This document shows positions 1 through 11,048 of a stretch of 35,488 nucleotides of DNA, in pieces. The stretch is from positions 1 to 35,488 of the forward strand of contig CAVQUB010000026.1 in assembly GCA_963716725.1 (NCBI GenBank). The letters are read 5' to 3'. A model generated the notes under the pieces. It did not search any database. It was not told the DNA's origin and worked only from the letters and a program-made list of their open reading frames with translations. Position 1 is the first letter of the stretch. Every line of letters starts with the position of its first letter. Source of the DNA: an uncultured delta proteobacterium. GTDB taxonomy: Bacteria; Myxococcota_A; Polyangia; Polyangiales; Polyangiaceae. A program made the translations under genes and the position numbers.

Positions 1-1291
1 CAACGACAGATCACGGTCCTGCTCCGCGGACAGACTCGAGATGCCTCGGAACTGACTTGGTCCGAGCTCCGCTCCGCCGTCGCTCGCTGCCGAGGCGGCC
101 TTGTCCGGCTCGGCGTCCTGCCCGGCGACCGGGTCGCGGCGTTCGCGCCCAACATCGCCGAGACGCTGATCGCATTCCTCGCCACCGCGTCGCTCGGCGC
201 CGTGTGGTCGAGCTGTGCACCCGAGTTCGGGGTTCGTGCCGTCGTCGACCGGCTCAGCCAGATCGAGCCCAAGGTCCTGTTGGCCGTCGACGGCTATCGC
301 TACGACGCGAAGGACGTCGACCGGCGAGACGATGTGGCCCAGATCAGTTGGCCGCGTTGCCCTCGCTCGAGTCGGTCGTCTCGATCGCCTACCTCGACGA
401 CGTGCTCGACCTCGACACCACGGTGAGCTGGGGTGCGCTGATGAGCGGCGAGTCCGCCCCGCTCGAGTTCACGGCCGTTGCGTTCGACCACCCGCTCTAC
501 GTGCTGTACAGCTCGGGGACGACCGGTCTGCCCAAGCCCATCGTCCACGGTCATGGCGGCATCACGGTCGAGCACCTCAAGGTCCTCACGCTCCATCAGG
601 ACCTGACGCCCGACGACACCTTCTTCTGGTTCTCGACGACCGGATGGATGATGTGGAACTACCTCGTCTCCGGGCTCCTCACCGGTGCGACGATCGTGTG
701 CTTCGACGGCGACCCCGCTTCGCCCGACCTCTCGCACCCTGTGGGAAGATCACGCCGACGGGGACGACGGTCTTCGGCGCATCGGCTCCGTTCCTGATGG
801 CGTGTCGTGCGGCCAGCGCCTACGAGCCGGGGCAGGGGCGCGCTCCGCTGGGTCGGTTCGACCGGCGCCCCACTTCCTCGCGAGGGGTTTCGTTGGGTCG
901 ATCAGGCCGTCGGGGTACCCGTCTCGTCGATGAGCGGCGGTACCGATGTCTGCACTGCGTTCGTCGGCACGTCGCCGCTGGTGCAGTTGCGGGCCGGCGA
1001 GATCAGCTGCTCGCTGCTCGGTTGCGCCGTCGAGGCCTTCGGCCCGACCGGTGAGGCGTGCCCGCTGGGCACCACCGGCGAGTTGGTGATCACCCGGCCC
1101 ATGCCGTCCATGCCGGTGGGGTTCTGGGGCGACGATGACGGGAGCCGCTACCGGTCCGCCTACTTCGACCACTTCCCTGGTGTCTGGCGGCACGGCGACT
1201 GGATCACCTTCACCGACGACGGGGCCTGTGTCATCACCGGACGCTCCCGACGCCACGCTCTACCAACCACGGCGGAGTACGGCTCGGGACG
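1..1291 (+). CDS. Acetoacetyl-CoA synthetase (acetoacetate--CoA ligase), partial at 5' edge, several frameshifts, truncated at ~1291
   Basis: Stitched frames give LGAVWSSCAPEFGVRAVVDRLSQIEPKVLL, AMP-binding YSSGTTGLPKPIVHGHGG, FSTTGWMMWN, SGGTDVCTAF, PMPSMPVGFWGD, WRHGDW and GRSDATL-N-HGGVRLGT; frame changes near 350, 740-830 and 1248-1264. Confidence 0.9.
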
Positions 1292-2100
1292 ACAACGCCC
1301 TGGCGACCAAGGGCGTGAAGACCTACGTCATCGGCATGCCTGGCTCGACCACGAGCTACCTGAATCCGATCGCTCAAGGGGGCGGGACCAACACCAGCAT
1401 CAGCGTCAGCAACGCCACCATGGCGGCGGATCTGATAGCCGCGCTCGCGGCCATCACCGGCGTCGGCATCACGTGCAGCTCCGCCCTCCCGGCGCTGAAC
1501 CTGTTCGACCCCTTCGACGTGATCGTGAAGTACACGCCGAGTTCTGGCCCGTCCGTGAATCGCACGCAGCGCACGGATCTCGCAGCCTGCAATGGCAACG
1601 TCAACGACGGCTGGTACTACGACAACAATGCGACCCCGACGAAGATCTTGCTCTGCCCCAAGAGTTGCACCACGGCGACGGGCGACGCGGGTTCCAAGAT
1701 CGATATCGTCCTCGGCTGTCCCAAGGGCGCGGGCCCGCAGACGGTGCTCGTGCCCTACCAGTCCCAGTGCGCGCCCGGCTCGAAGCCGGTCTGGAACTTC
1801 CTCGCGTACTCCGCTGCGACGCCGAACACATCGACGGTTGCCTTCCGCGCCCGCACGGCGGACACCCAGGCTTCGCTGCCAAGCGCGCCCTGGCACGCGC
1901 TCGCCACCTCGCCCCCGACACCGCCCAACTGCCCGCTCGCTGGCCCCAATCCGTGCCCGGTCGATGTCTTCGCGGCCCTGGGCTTCCCCGACCACAAGCG
2001 CGCCTGGCTCGAGTTGGAAGTCACTCTGACCCCCGGCGGCGGAGGGGTGCCCGTGGTCAACGGCTTCGATGTCACTTACTCTTGCCCTCCATCCGAATGA
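1291..2100 (+). CDS. C-terminal part of a myxobacterial VWA-domain, Cys-containing secreted protein (5' part missing)
   Basis: GVKTYVIGMPG...LNPIAQGGGT resembles the end of a VWA domain, followed by GWYYDNNATPTKILLCPKSC, typical of Polyangiales VWA proteins; stop overlaps the next start (ATGA 2097-2100). Confidence 0.65.
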   Translation, partial: DNALATKGVKTYVIGMPGSTTSYLNPIAQGGGTNTSISVSNATMAADLIAALAAITGVGITCSSALPALNLFDPFDVIVKYTPSSGPSVNRTQRTDLAACNGNVNDGWYYDNNATPTKILLCPKSCTTATGDAGSKIDIVLGCPKGAGPQTVLVPYQSQCAPGSKPVWNFLAYSAATPNTSTVAFRARTADTQASLPSAPWHALATSPPTPPNCPLAGPNPCPVDVFAALGFPDHKRAWLELEVTLTPGGGGVPVVNGFDVTYSCPPSE

Positions 2101-3293
2101 AGCACCTCACTCTGCTGTTTGGGCTCGCGGTCGCCGCGTCCGTGGTCGCGTGCGGCGACGACGATGGCAAGAAGAAACCGTTCTCCGGGACCGGCGCTAC
2201 CGGTGGCGCCTCGACGGGCGGCGCGCCCGGTGGTGGCGGCGCATCCGGTGACGGCGGCGCTTCCGGCAGCGGCGGCGCTTCCGGTGGCGGCGGCGCTTCC
2301 GGAAGCGGCGGCGCTTCCGGTGGCGGCGGGAGTGGCGGCGGCGGAACGGGCGGCTCCGGCGGTGGCGGCACCGGCGGCTCCGGTGGCGGTCCCACGGGTC
2401 CGGAGATCTGCACGGACGGCTTCGACAACGATGGCGACGGCGACACGGACTGCGCAGACTCGGAGTGCGCCGCGGCCTGCGCTTCGGCCTGCGCGAAGCC
2501 GACGGTGCTCGCGGATCCCACGGCGACGCAGGGCACGACCGTCAACCATCCCGACAGCCAGAAGAATTCGTGCAGCGGAACGCCCAGCGGGCCCGACTTG
2601 GCCTACGAGTTCACTGCGACGAAGACCGGCGTATTCGAAGCCATCCTCGGCGGATTCACTCCCCTCACGCTTTCGGTCCGCTCGGGCTCGTGCGCGGGCA
2701 CCGAGCTGGGCTGCTCGGCGGGAAAGAGCCTGAAACTGCCGGTTACTGCCGGCACCAAGCTCTGGCTCGTCGTCGACGGCGCGAGCGGCGCATCGGGCGC
2801 GTTCGGGCTCACGGCGGAGAGCCGTCCCATCGACTGCGGCGACGGTCACCGTGATGGGACCGAGGCCTGCGACGACGGAAACAAGAGCAGCGGGGACGGC
2901 TGCAGCGCCTCGTGCACGGTCGAGGCGAAGGGGTCGGAGCCCAACGATACCGCGGCGCAAGCCAACACCTGGGCGAGCCCTTGGGTGGCGAGCATCGGCA
3001 CCGCGAGCGATCAGGATGTGGTCAAAGTCGTCCTGACGAAGACGGGGAGCATCAGCGCCAGCGTGCAGGACTTCGGTGATCAAGCCTGCGAGCTCGACAT
3101 GGTCGACAGCTACATCGAGCTCTGGGCGTCTGACGACACACTGTTGGCGATCGACAACGACTCGGGCGAGGGCAAGTGCTCCTCCGTCAGCAAGTCGGGC
3201 CTCGCCGCGGGCACCTATTACGTCATGGTCAAGGCCGCACCCGGCGCCAACCCGGCAACATTTGCCTACAAGCTGAGCGTCACGCTCAACTGA
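2097..3293 (+). CDS. Lipoprotein with Gly-rich linker, myxococcal Cys-rich repeat and C-terminal PPC-like domain
   Basis: True start MKHLTLLFGLAVAASVVAC (lipobox) inside ORF 807..3293; GGASG linker; CGDGHRDGTEACDDGNKSSGDGCSASCTVE repeat; EPNDT...NDSGEGKCS...LAAGTYYVMV PPC-like module. Confidence 0.85.
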   Translation: MKHLTLLFGLAVAASVVACGDDDGKKKPFSGTGATGGASTGGAPGGGGASGDGGASGSGGASGGGGASGSGGASGGGGSGGGGTGGSGGGGTGGSGGGPTGPEICTDGFDNDGDGDTDCADSECAAACASACAKPTVLADPTATQGTTVNHPDSQKNSCSGTPSGPDLAYEFTATKTGVFEAILGGFTPLTLSVRSGSCAGTELGCSAGKSLKLPVTAGTKLWLVVDGASGASGAFGLTAESRPIDCGDGHRDGTEACDDGNKSSGDGCSASCTVEAKGSEPNDTAAQANTWASPWVASIGTASDQDVVKVVLTKTGSISASVQDFGDQACELDMVDSYIELWASDDTLLAIDNDSGEGKCSSVSKSGLAAGTYYVMVKAAPGANPATFAYKLSVTLN

Positions 3294-3399
3294 TCTCGCT
3301 CCGCGCTCCGCCCGCCGTGGCCTCCGGCTTTGGCGCCGAAGCCACACAACCCGGCCCGTGCCGCGAACGAAGATCGGGCGCCATGGTAGCTTGCGGGAG

Positions 3400-3554
3400 G
3401 TGTCCGAAGTGGAAAGCATGGCAGAGCAACGTCTCCGCCCACTGCGGCGGGAGGAGTACGACAAACTGGTCGAGCTCGGCGCGTTCCAGGCGAGGCGATT
3501 CGGCTGTGGAGGTTCCCGGACGTCGAAATCCGCGTGGACGACGTGATCAAGTAG
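3400..3554 (+). pseudogene. Internally deleted Uma2 (DUF820) family endonuclease remnant
   Basis: N-terminus RLRPLRREEYDKLVELGAFQ is joined directly (frame change near 3490) to C-terminus GEAIRLWRFPDVEIRVDDVIK-stop; the catalytic core is absent. Confidence 0.65.
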
Positions 3555-3633
3555 GTCGGGGCGGGTCGCGTCGGGCTGGCCTCACGGCGGCTCGCGTGGA
3601 CAAGGCCGCGCCCGCGCGACAGAATCGGGCGTG

Positions 3634-5972
<2,339 letters not shown>

Positions 5973-7244
5973 TCAGCCTGCAGTCGAAGTGAGCGCGGCC
6001 AGCTCTTCTTCGTAGAAGCGCACGAGCACTCGGGGATCAGGCAGGCGCCGCGCGTCCGCCGCGACGCCGAGTCGCACTTGGCCCGCGTAAGACAAGAGAC
6101 TGAGGCCGACGCCGATGTGACCCGAAACCGGCGCCCAGACCAGCATCTCGGAGAGCGCGCTGCCGGTCAGGTGGATCTCGACGGGCGGACCGGGCACGTT
6201 CGTGATCATCACGCTCGCCTTGCGCGTGAAGAGCTGAATTCCAATGTGCTCGATCTCGGTGCTGGCCACGCCCAGGGCGCCGAGCACGCCCAGCGCGACG
6301 ACAGCGTCGGGCTGGGCCTTGATGCTTTCGAAGCTCTGGTGGAGCTGGCGCAAGCGCTCACCCCGATCGCGCACCGCGATGGGCAGCGGCACGTAGACCA
6401 GGCCGAAGTGATTCTCGAGCTCGTCACCCGCCGACGCATCGCGCACGTAGACCGGGACCAGTGCGCGCAGCTCGAGCCCATCGATGCGGCCGTGCTCTTC
6501 GAGGAAGCGTGCCAGCGCACCGGTGAGGGCTGCGACCAGCAGGTCATTGAGCTTGACGCCCTGGCGCCGGCACGCGGACTTGATCGGATCCAACCCCGCC
6601 GGCTCAGACCACGCGACGCGCTTCTGCGTACCAAGTTCGCCTTTGAGCACGGTGTTCGAGTCCGGCGGCAGGAGCAACATTCGGCCGAGCGCGAGGGCCT
6701 GCGCCGAGGCCAGCTTTGCGCGTTCGGCCAGCCCCGACGGGCGTGGCGCTTCGACTCCAACCTCCGGTGGGCTCAGGAGCGCGCCTTCGTCGGTCAGTCC
6801 GAGCAGGAAGCGAACCAGCGCAACCCCGTCGCCCATCGAGTGGTGCAGCCGCGCTAGGAGCGCGCCGCCCTTGCCCACCCCGTCGATCAAGTAGAGCTGC
6901 CAGAGCGGTTTCTGGCGGTCGAGGCTGGTGCTCGCCAGATCGCTGACCAAGGTCTCGAGCGCAGCCTGATCGCCCGGCGCCGGCAGCGCGATGTGGTGCA
7001 GGTGCGCGCTCACGTCGAATTGTGGATCGAGCTCCCAGTGCGGCAGCCCGAGGCTCGGCTCGACAACCCGCTGGCGAAAACGGCGATGCACCAACAGGCG
7101 ATCTTCGACCAGCGCGCGAATGCCATCGATGCCGGGCGGATCGCGGAAGACCAACAGCGAGTTGATGACCATGGCGTTGGTCGGGCTGTCCATGCGCAGC
7201 CACGCGGCATCCACCGCGCGGAGAGGTTCGCGATCCGTGGTCAC
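5973..7244 (-). CDS. Wax ester synthase/diacylglycerol acyltransferase (WS/DGAT)
   Basis: DAAWLRMDSPTNAMVI, LDRQKPLWQLYLIDG, catalytic HHSMGDG (HHxxxDG), ITNVPGP and SLLSYAGQVRLGV. Confidence 0.95.
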   Translation of the reverse strand: MTTDREPLRAVDAAWLRMDSPTNAMVINSLLVFRDPPGIDGIRALVEDRLLVHRRFRQRVVEPSLGLPHWELDPQFDVSAHLHHIALPAPGDQAALETLVSDLASTSLDRQKPLWQLYLIDGVGKGGALLARLHHSMGDGVALVRFLLGLTDEGALLSPPEVGVEAPRPSGLAERAKLASAQALALGRMLLLPPDSNTVLKGELGTQKRVAWSEPAGLDPIKSACRRQGVKLNDLLVAALTGALARFLEEHGRIDGLELRALVPVYVRDASAGDELENHFGLVYVPLPIAVRDRGERLRQLHQSFESIKAQPDAVVALGVLGALGVASTEIEHIGIQLFTRKASVMITNVPGPPVEIHLTGSALSEMLVWAPVSGHIGVGLSLLSYAGQVRLGVAADARRLPDPRVLVRFYEEELAALTSTAG

Positions 7245-7506
7245 GCGCGGCGCCGCTGCACGGATCGAGCCATCGCGGCGACGGCGTTCAACCCGCCCGC
7301 ATGCGCGAAATCACTGCGCGAGCGCGGCGCCGAGCCGCAGGGCCTGCGGCGTCACGGGCAGGTGCAGCGGTTCAGGATCGGAACTGCGCAGTTGCTCGTT
7401 CCGCCCGCTCCGCCGGTGCCCCGCTCGGCCGGTGCCAGCGCTCGACGTGCCACCGCTCGAGAGATGGGCAGCCATCAGCGCCTCGGATCGGTGGTTCGGA
7501 GCGACT

Positions 7507-7755
7507 TCATGGACTGGAGGTCCGCCCCTTGCGCGCGCTCACCGTCCATGCGGGAAGGGAGAAATTCGCGTCGTCGAGCTCGACCGCACCCTTCAAGCAT
7601 CCGAGCGCCTGGGGTCGGGCATCGACGGCCGGAGCAAGTTTCGCCACCACCTTCCCGCGCTTGGTGATCAGGATCGTCTCGCCCCCATCGGCCACGTCGC
7701 CCATGAGCGCGAGGCAGGTCTGCTTGAACTCCGCCGCTTTGATCGTTCTGGCCAT
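7507..7755 (-). CDS. Phd/YefM family type II antitoxin
   Basis: MARTIKAAEFKQTCLALMGDVADGGETILITKRGKVVAKLAP is the canonical Phd/YefM N-terminal pattern. Confidence 0.88.
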   Translation of the reverse strand: MARTIKAAEFKQTCLALMGDVADGGETILITKRGKVVAKLAPAVDARPQALGCLKGAVELDDANFSLPAWTVSARKGRTSSP

Positions 7756-7811
7756 CTCCCGATGGCTAGCCACGAGAAGCGCCCGACGAGCGCCGAGGCG
7801 CACCTGACAGA

Positions 7812-8504
7812 TCACGGGCAGGTGCAGCAGTTCAGCACCGGGGCGCAGAGGCCCAGGTTGCCGGTCTGGCTAGCGCAGTAGAACGTGCACAAGAACTGCG
7901 CCCCCATGTCTTTCGGATCGCAGGGCGCGGCGCAGCTGCTCCCGCCGCCGGCGCCGCTCGTGCCGCCGCCACCGCCACCACCCGGAGCGCCGCCTCCGCC
8001 GCTCGACAGGCAAGAGTTGCCCGACTTGGTGAAGCCCGAGTTGCAGGTGAAGTCGCAGAGCGTGCCGTTGCAGGCGCTCGTCGAATTCGCGGGCGGCGAC
8101 GGACAGACCGTGCACACGTTGTCTTGTGATCCACAGCCCACCCCAGGGCTCGGGAGGATGCACACGCCGCCACACATCTTCTTGCCGGAGCCGCAGGAGC
8201 CCCCGGTGCCTCCGCTGGACGTGCCTCCACTCGCGGTGCCTCCGCTGGACGTGCCTCCGCTCGCGGTGCCTCCGCTGGACGTGCCTCCACTCGCGGTGCC
8301 TCCGCTACCTGAAGCGCCCGCCGCGCCGCCTCCCGAGCTCGCGCCGCCGCTGCCGCCGGTCGGATTGTCGGCCTTGCCACCCGTGCCGGTGGCGCCGCCA
8401 GCGGGAGCGCCGCCCACGGCCTCGTCGTCTCCAACGGGCTCGGCCGTCGCGCATCCGAGCAACAGCGTGGCGATCCCCGCGAGCCCAAGCCGACCAAGTC
8501 GCAT
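7812..8504 (-). CDS. Gly-rich, Cys-rich lipoprotein
   Basis: Lipobox LLLGC; GGTAS/GGTSS repeats; CGSGKKMCGGVC...ANSTSACNGTLCDFTCNSGF module. Confidence 0.8.
   Translation of the reverse strand: MRLGRLGLAGIATLLLGCATAEPVGDDEAVGGAPAGGATGTGGKADNPTGGSGGASSGGGAAGASGSGGTASGGTSSGGTASGGTSSGGTASGGTSSGGTGGSCGSGKKMCGGVCILPSPGVGCGSQDNVCTVCPSPPANSTSACNGTLCDFTCNSGFTKSGNSCLSSGGGGAPGGGGGGGTSGAGGGSSCAAPCDPKDMGAQFLCTFYCASQTGNLGLCAPVLNCCTCP
8205..8306 (-). repeat. Coding 15-bp tandem repeat (alternating GGTAS/GGTSS linker)
   Basis: gtgcctccgctggac and gtgcctccactcgcg units alternate on the + strand. Confidence 0.85.
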
Positions 8505-8528
8505 GGGCGTACTCTAGCCGCGCGGGCG

Positions 8529-9440
8529 CTATCGCGCGAGCTGTCTTCGTCGCGCGTCGATCTGACGACCGAGACCGAGCAGGCGCAGCGGCTCCGGCGA
8601 GACACGAAACGTCGCGACGTCGCCGAGGCTGACGTTGATCAGCCGATACGGCCCGTCTAGAAACATACAGGCATCCTGCATCATGCTCTTGGCCTCGAGC
8701 TGCTCGTCCGGCCCCACGGTGAAGCGCAACAAGCGATAGCGAGTGCCCGTGGGAGCGTAGGGTTCGCGCACCACGACCTGGAGCTTCTTCGAGAGCAGCG
8801 GCAAGACTCGGCCGCCCGCGGAGCGCTGCGCCGCTGTCGAACCTGCCGCCGGACCCAGCCAAAAACCGCTGGATTTATGCGGTTCCGTGACCTTGCCGTG
8901 GCTCAGCAGGTAGCGCGAGGTCGCGGCGGGCGACTGGTGACAGTAGAGCGCTTCATTGAGCACGCGTCGTGAACGCTCGCGTCCGTTCAGTGCCACGCTC
9001 ATGCGCGACAGCGTGAGAGAGTCGATGCGTCCCTCGAGCGCATCGCCCAGGCTGCGATGGAGGTTCTTGCGTTGGGCCCCGCAGAAGAAGCCAACGCTGA
9101 ACGCGGGTGCGCTGTTGACCCCAAGGATGGGCGTGTTCCCTACATTGTGGGAGGCCGCGAGTAGCGTGCCGTCACCGCCCACCGCGACCACCAGGGCGGC
9201 GTCGGCGGCGTCGAAGGCCGCGTGCGAGCGGCGAACGACGAGGCTGCGAGCACCGAGGCGCTCGAGCGAGTCGATCACCGCTTCCACGGTCTGGTTGTGC
9301 TCGCGGTGGGACTCTCGCCAGCGAGCCACGCTCGGGTCCTTCTTTCGGATCAGCTGCTTTGCCCGCGGGTCGCCCTCGTCTTCGACGAAGCGCGAGTAGC
9401 TCGACCGCTTCACTACGACGATGACGCGGCGCCCATTCAT
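8529..9440 (-). CDS. NAD(+)/NADH kinase
   Basis: VAVGGDGTLL, PILGVNS, VLNEAL (NE motif), SSGFWLGPAAGSTAAQRSAGG. Confidence 0.92.
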   Translation of the reverse strand: MNGRRVIVVVKRSSYSRFVEDEGDPRAKQLIRKKDPSVARWRESHREHNQTVEAVIDSLERLGARSLVVRRSHAAFDAADAALVVAVGGDGTLLAASHNVGNTPILGVNSAPAFSVGFFCGAQRKNLHRSLGDALEGRIDSLTLSRMSVALNGRERSRRVLNEALYCHQSPAATSRYLLSHGKVTEPHKSSGFWLGPAAGSTAAQRSAGGRVLPLLSKKLQVVVREPYAPTGTRYRLLRFTVGPDEQLEAKSMMQDACMFLDGPYRLINVSLGDVATFRVSPEPLRLLGLGRQIDARRRQLAR

Positions 9441-10105
9441 GCGAAGCGATCCGCCAATCGTCGCAGTGCCAGCTCGGTCTTGGCGTCTTCGATCACGCCG
9501 CCGGCGCAGAGCGCGAGCGCGTCTGTCAGGCGCACGCCTCGCACCAGTCCGCCGTGCTCGAGGGGTGAGCCGTCGTGCGAGGGCTCAGCTCGCGTCTTGG
9601 GGTCGACCTCGACCTCGAAGTAGAAGTGACGCTCTCCGATGATGCCCGGCGCTGGGTAGGTGCTCGGACCGAGCGAGCGCAAGAGATCCGGGGGCTGATC
9701 GAAGCCGAGCTCTTCGGCAAGCTCGCGGGATGCGCAGGCACGCAGCCCCTCGGGGGTCTGTTCGTCGACCTCGACCAGGCCCGCAGGCAGCTCCCACAGG
9801 CCCACCCCGCGATCGAGCTCGGGAACGGGCGAGCGGCTCGCGTCACGCAGCAGCAGCGGCGGACGCACCGCGCTGCGCAAGAAGACGCAGCGCTCGCTGC
9901 GGCTGACGAAGTGGGCCGCGATCACCACCGCGTCGATGGCGCGGCGGTCGACGGCGTCGTAGACGAAGGGCTCGCTCAATGTCCCGTCCGGATAGCGAGC
10001 GCGAAAACGGCGGCGCACCAGGCGCAAGAACCCGCCGTCGTCCGGTGGGGACAGGTCTTCGGCCAACTCGAGCCGGATGTCGGGGAGCGCGTCGAAGTCG
10101 GTCAT
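9437..10105 (-). CDS. NUDIX hydrolase (ADP-ribose pyrophosphatase-like)
   Basis: Start MTDFDALPD; WELPAGLVEVDEQ...CASRELAEELGF Nudix box; YPAPGIIGE; IEDAKT; stop overlaps the NAD kinase start (ATGA). Confidence 0.9.
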   Translation of the reverse strand: MTDFDALPDIRLELAEDLSPPDDGGFLRLVRRRFRARYPDGTLSEPFVYDAVDRRAIDAVVIAAHFVSRSERCVFLRSAVRPPLLLRDASRSPVPELDRGVGLWELPAGLVEVDEQTPEGLRACASRELAEELGFDQPPDLLRSLGPSTYPAPGIIGERHFYFEVEVDPKTRAEPSHDGSPLEHGGLVRGVRLTDALALCAGGVIEDAKTELALRRLADRFA

Positions 10106-10172
10106 GCGGGCACTTGCCGGCCAGGGCGTCGCAGGGTACATCGGCCGAGCTAGAGGGGGAGAGGGATCGCAA

Positions 10173-11048
10173 ATGCTCAGGCCTACTTTATTGTTTGGAG
10201 TGCTGCTCTCGGCGGCCATCGCAGCGTCGATGCCGCTGCCCGCAGCTGCACAAACCAAGGGCAAGACCGAGGCCAAAGCCAAGGGCAAGACCGAGGCCAA
10301 AGGCAAAGTCGACACCAAGAAAGTCGCGGCCGACCTGGCGAGCGGCGATTCGTCGCGCATCGCTGCGGCCCTCGCGGAGCTGATCGCGGCGGGCGAATCG
10401 GCAGCCGCCGCCGCGCCCGCGGTCGAGGCGCTGCTCGCCAAGGGATCGAGCACCGAGCTGACCGCGAAGGCCCTCGAAGCCGCGGGCGCGTTGAAGCAGA
10501 GCTCGTCGAGCGCCAAGGTCGCGCCCTACGTGAGGCACCGCTCCGAAAGCGTGCGCCGCGCCGCGGCCAAGGCGCTGGTCAAGACCAAGGGACCGGCAGC
10601 GGTCAGCGCGTTGCGTCACGCGCTACGGAGCAGAGACGCTCAAGTGCGAGGTGTCGCGGCGACGGGCCTGGGAACGCTCGGCGCCAAGGAGGCGCTGCCC
10701 GACCTATTCAAGGCCTTGGCCCACAGCGTACCCGAGGCCGCTTCGTCCATTGGTCAGCTGTGTGAGCCGAGCGACTGCGACAAATTCGCGGCCCTCACCG
10801 GCAAGCATCAGTTCGACATCATGTCGAGCGGCTTCGATCAGATCCTGTTCCGACCCGAGAAGGAAGTCTCCGACGACCAGAAGATCAAGGTGGTCGGGCG
10901 GCTGCGCGAGCTGGGAACGAAAGAGGCCGGCAAGTACTTGGCCGAAGTGAAGGGCCGTTGGCCCGAGGGCTGGAGCAAGCGCGTCAAGCAGGCGCTCGAA
11001 GCCGCCGTGAAGGCCACGGGCGCCGGCGGTGGAGGAGACGACGAATGA
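10173..11048 (+). CDS. Secreted HEAT-repeat protein
   Basis: Signal peptide MLRPTLLFGVLLSAAIAASMPLPAAAQ; HEAT units SESVRRAAAKALVK and DAQVRGVAATGLGTLG; purine-rich RBS upstream. Confidence 0.85.
   Translation: MLRPTLLFGVLLSAAIAASMPLPAAAQTKGKTEAKAKGKTEAKGKVDTKKVAADLASGDSSRIAAALAELIAAGESAAAAAPAVEALLAKGSSTELTAKALEAAGALKQSSSSAKVAPYVRHRSESVRRAAAKALVKTKGPAAVSALRHALRSRDAQVRGVAATGLGTLGAKEALPDLFKALAHSVPEAASSIGQLCEPSDCDKFAALTGKHQFDIMSSGFDQILFRPEKEVSDDQKIKVVGRLRELGTKEAGKYLAEVKGRWPEGWSKRVKQALEAAVKATGAGGGGDDE

Noticed and set aside
807..3293. 828-aa ORF as a novel ligase-lipoprotein fusion
   Set aside because: It is an accidental read-through of an AACS fragment, an off-frame stretch of the VWA gene and the real lipoprotein starting at 2097
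3326..3343. Near-palindrome ggctttggcgccgaagcc as an intrinsic terminator
   Set aside because: No U-tract, and short GC palindromes are frequent by chance here
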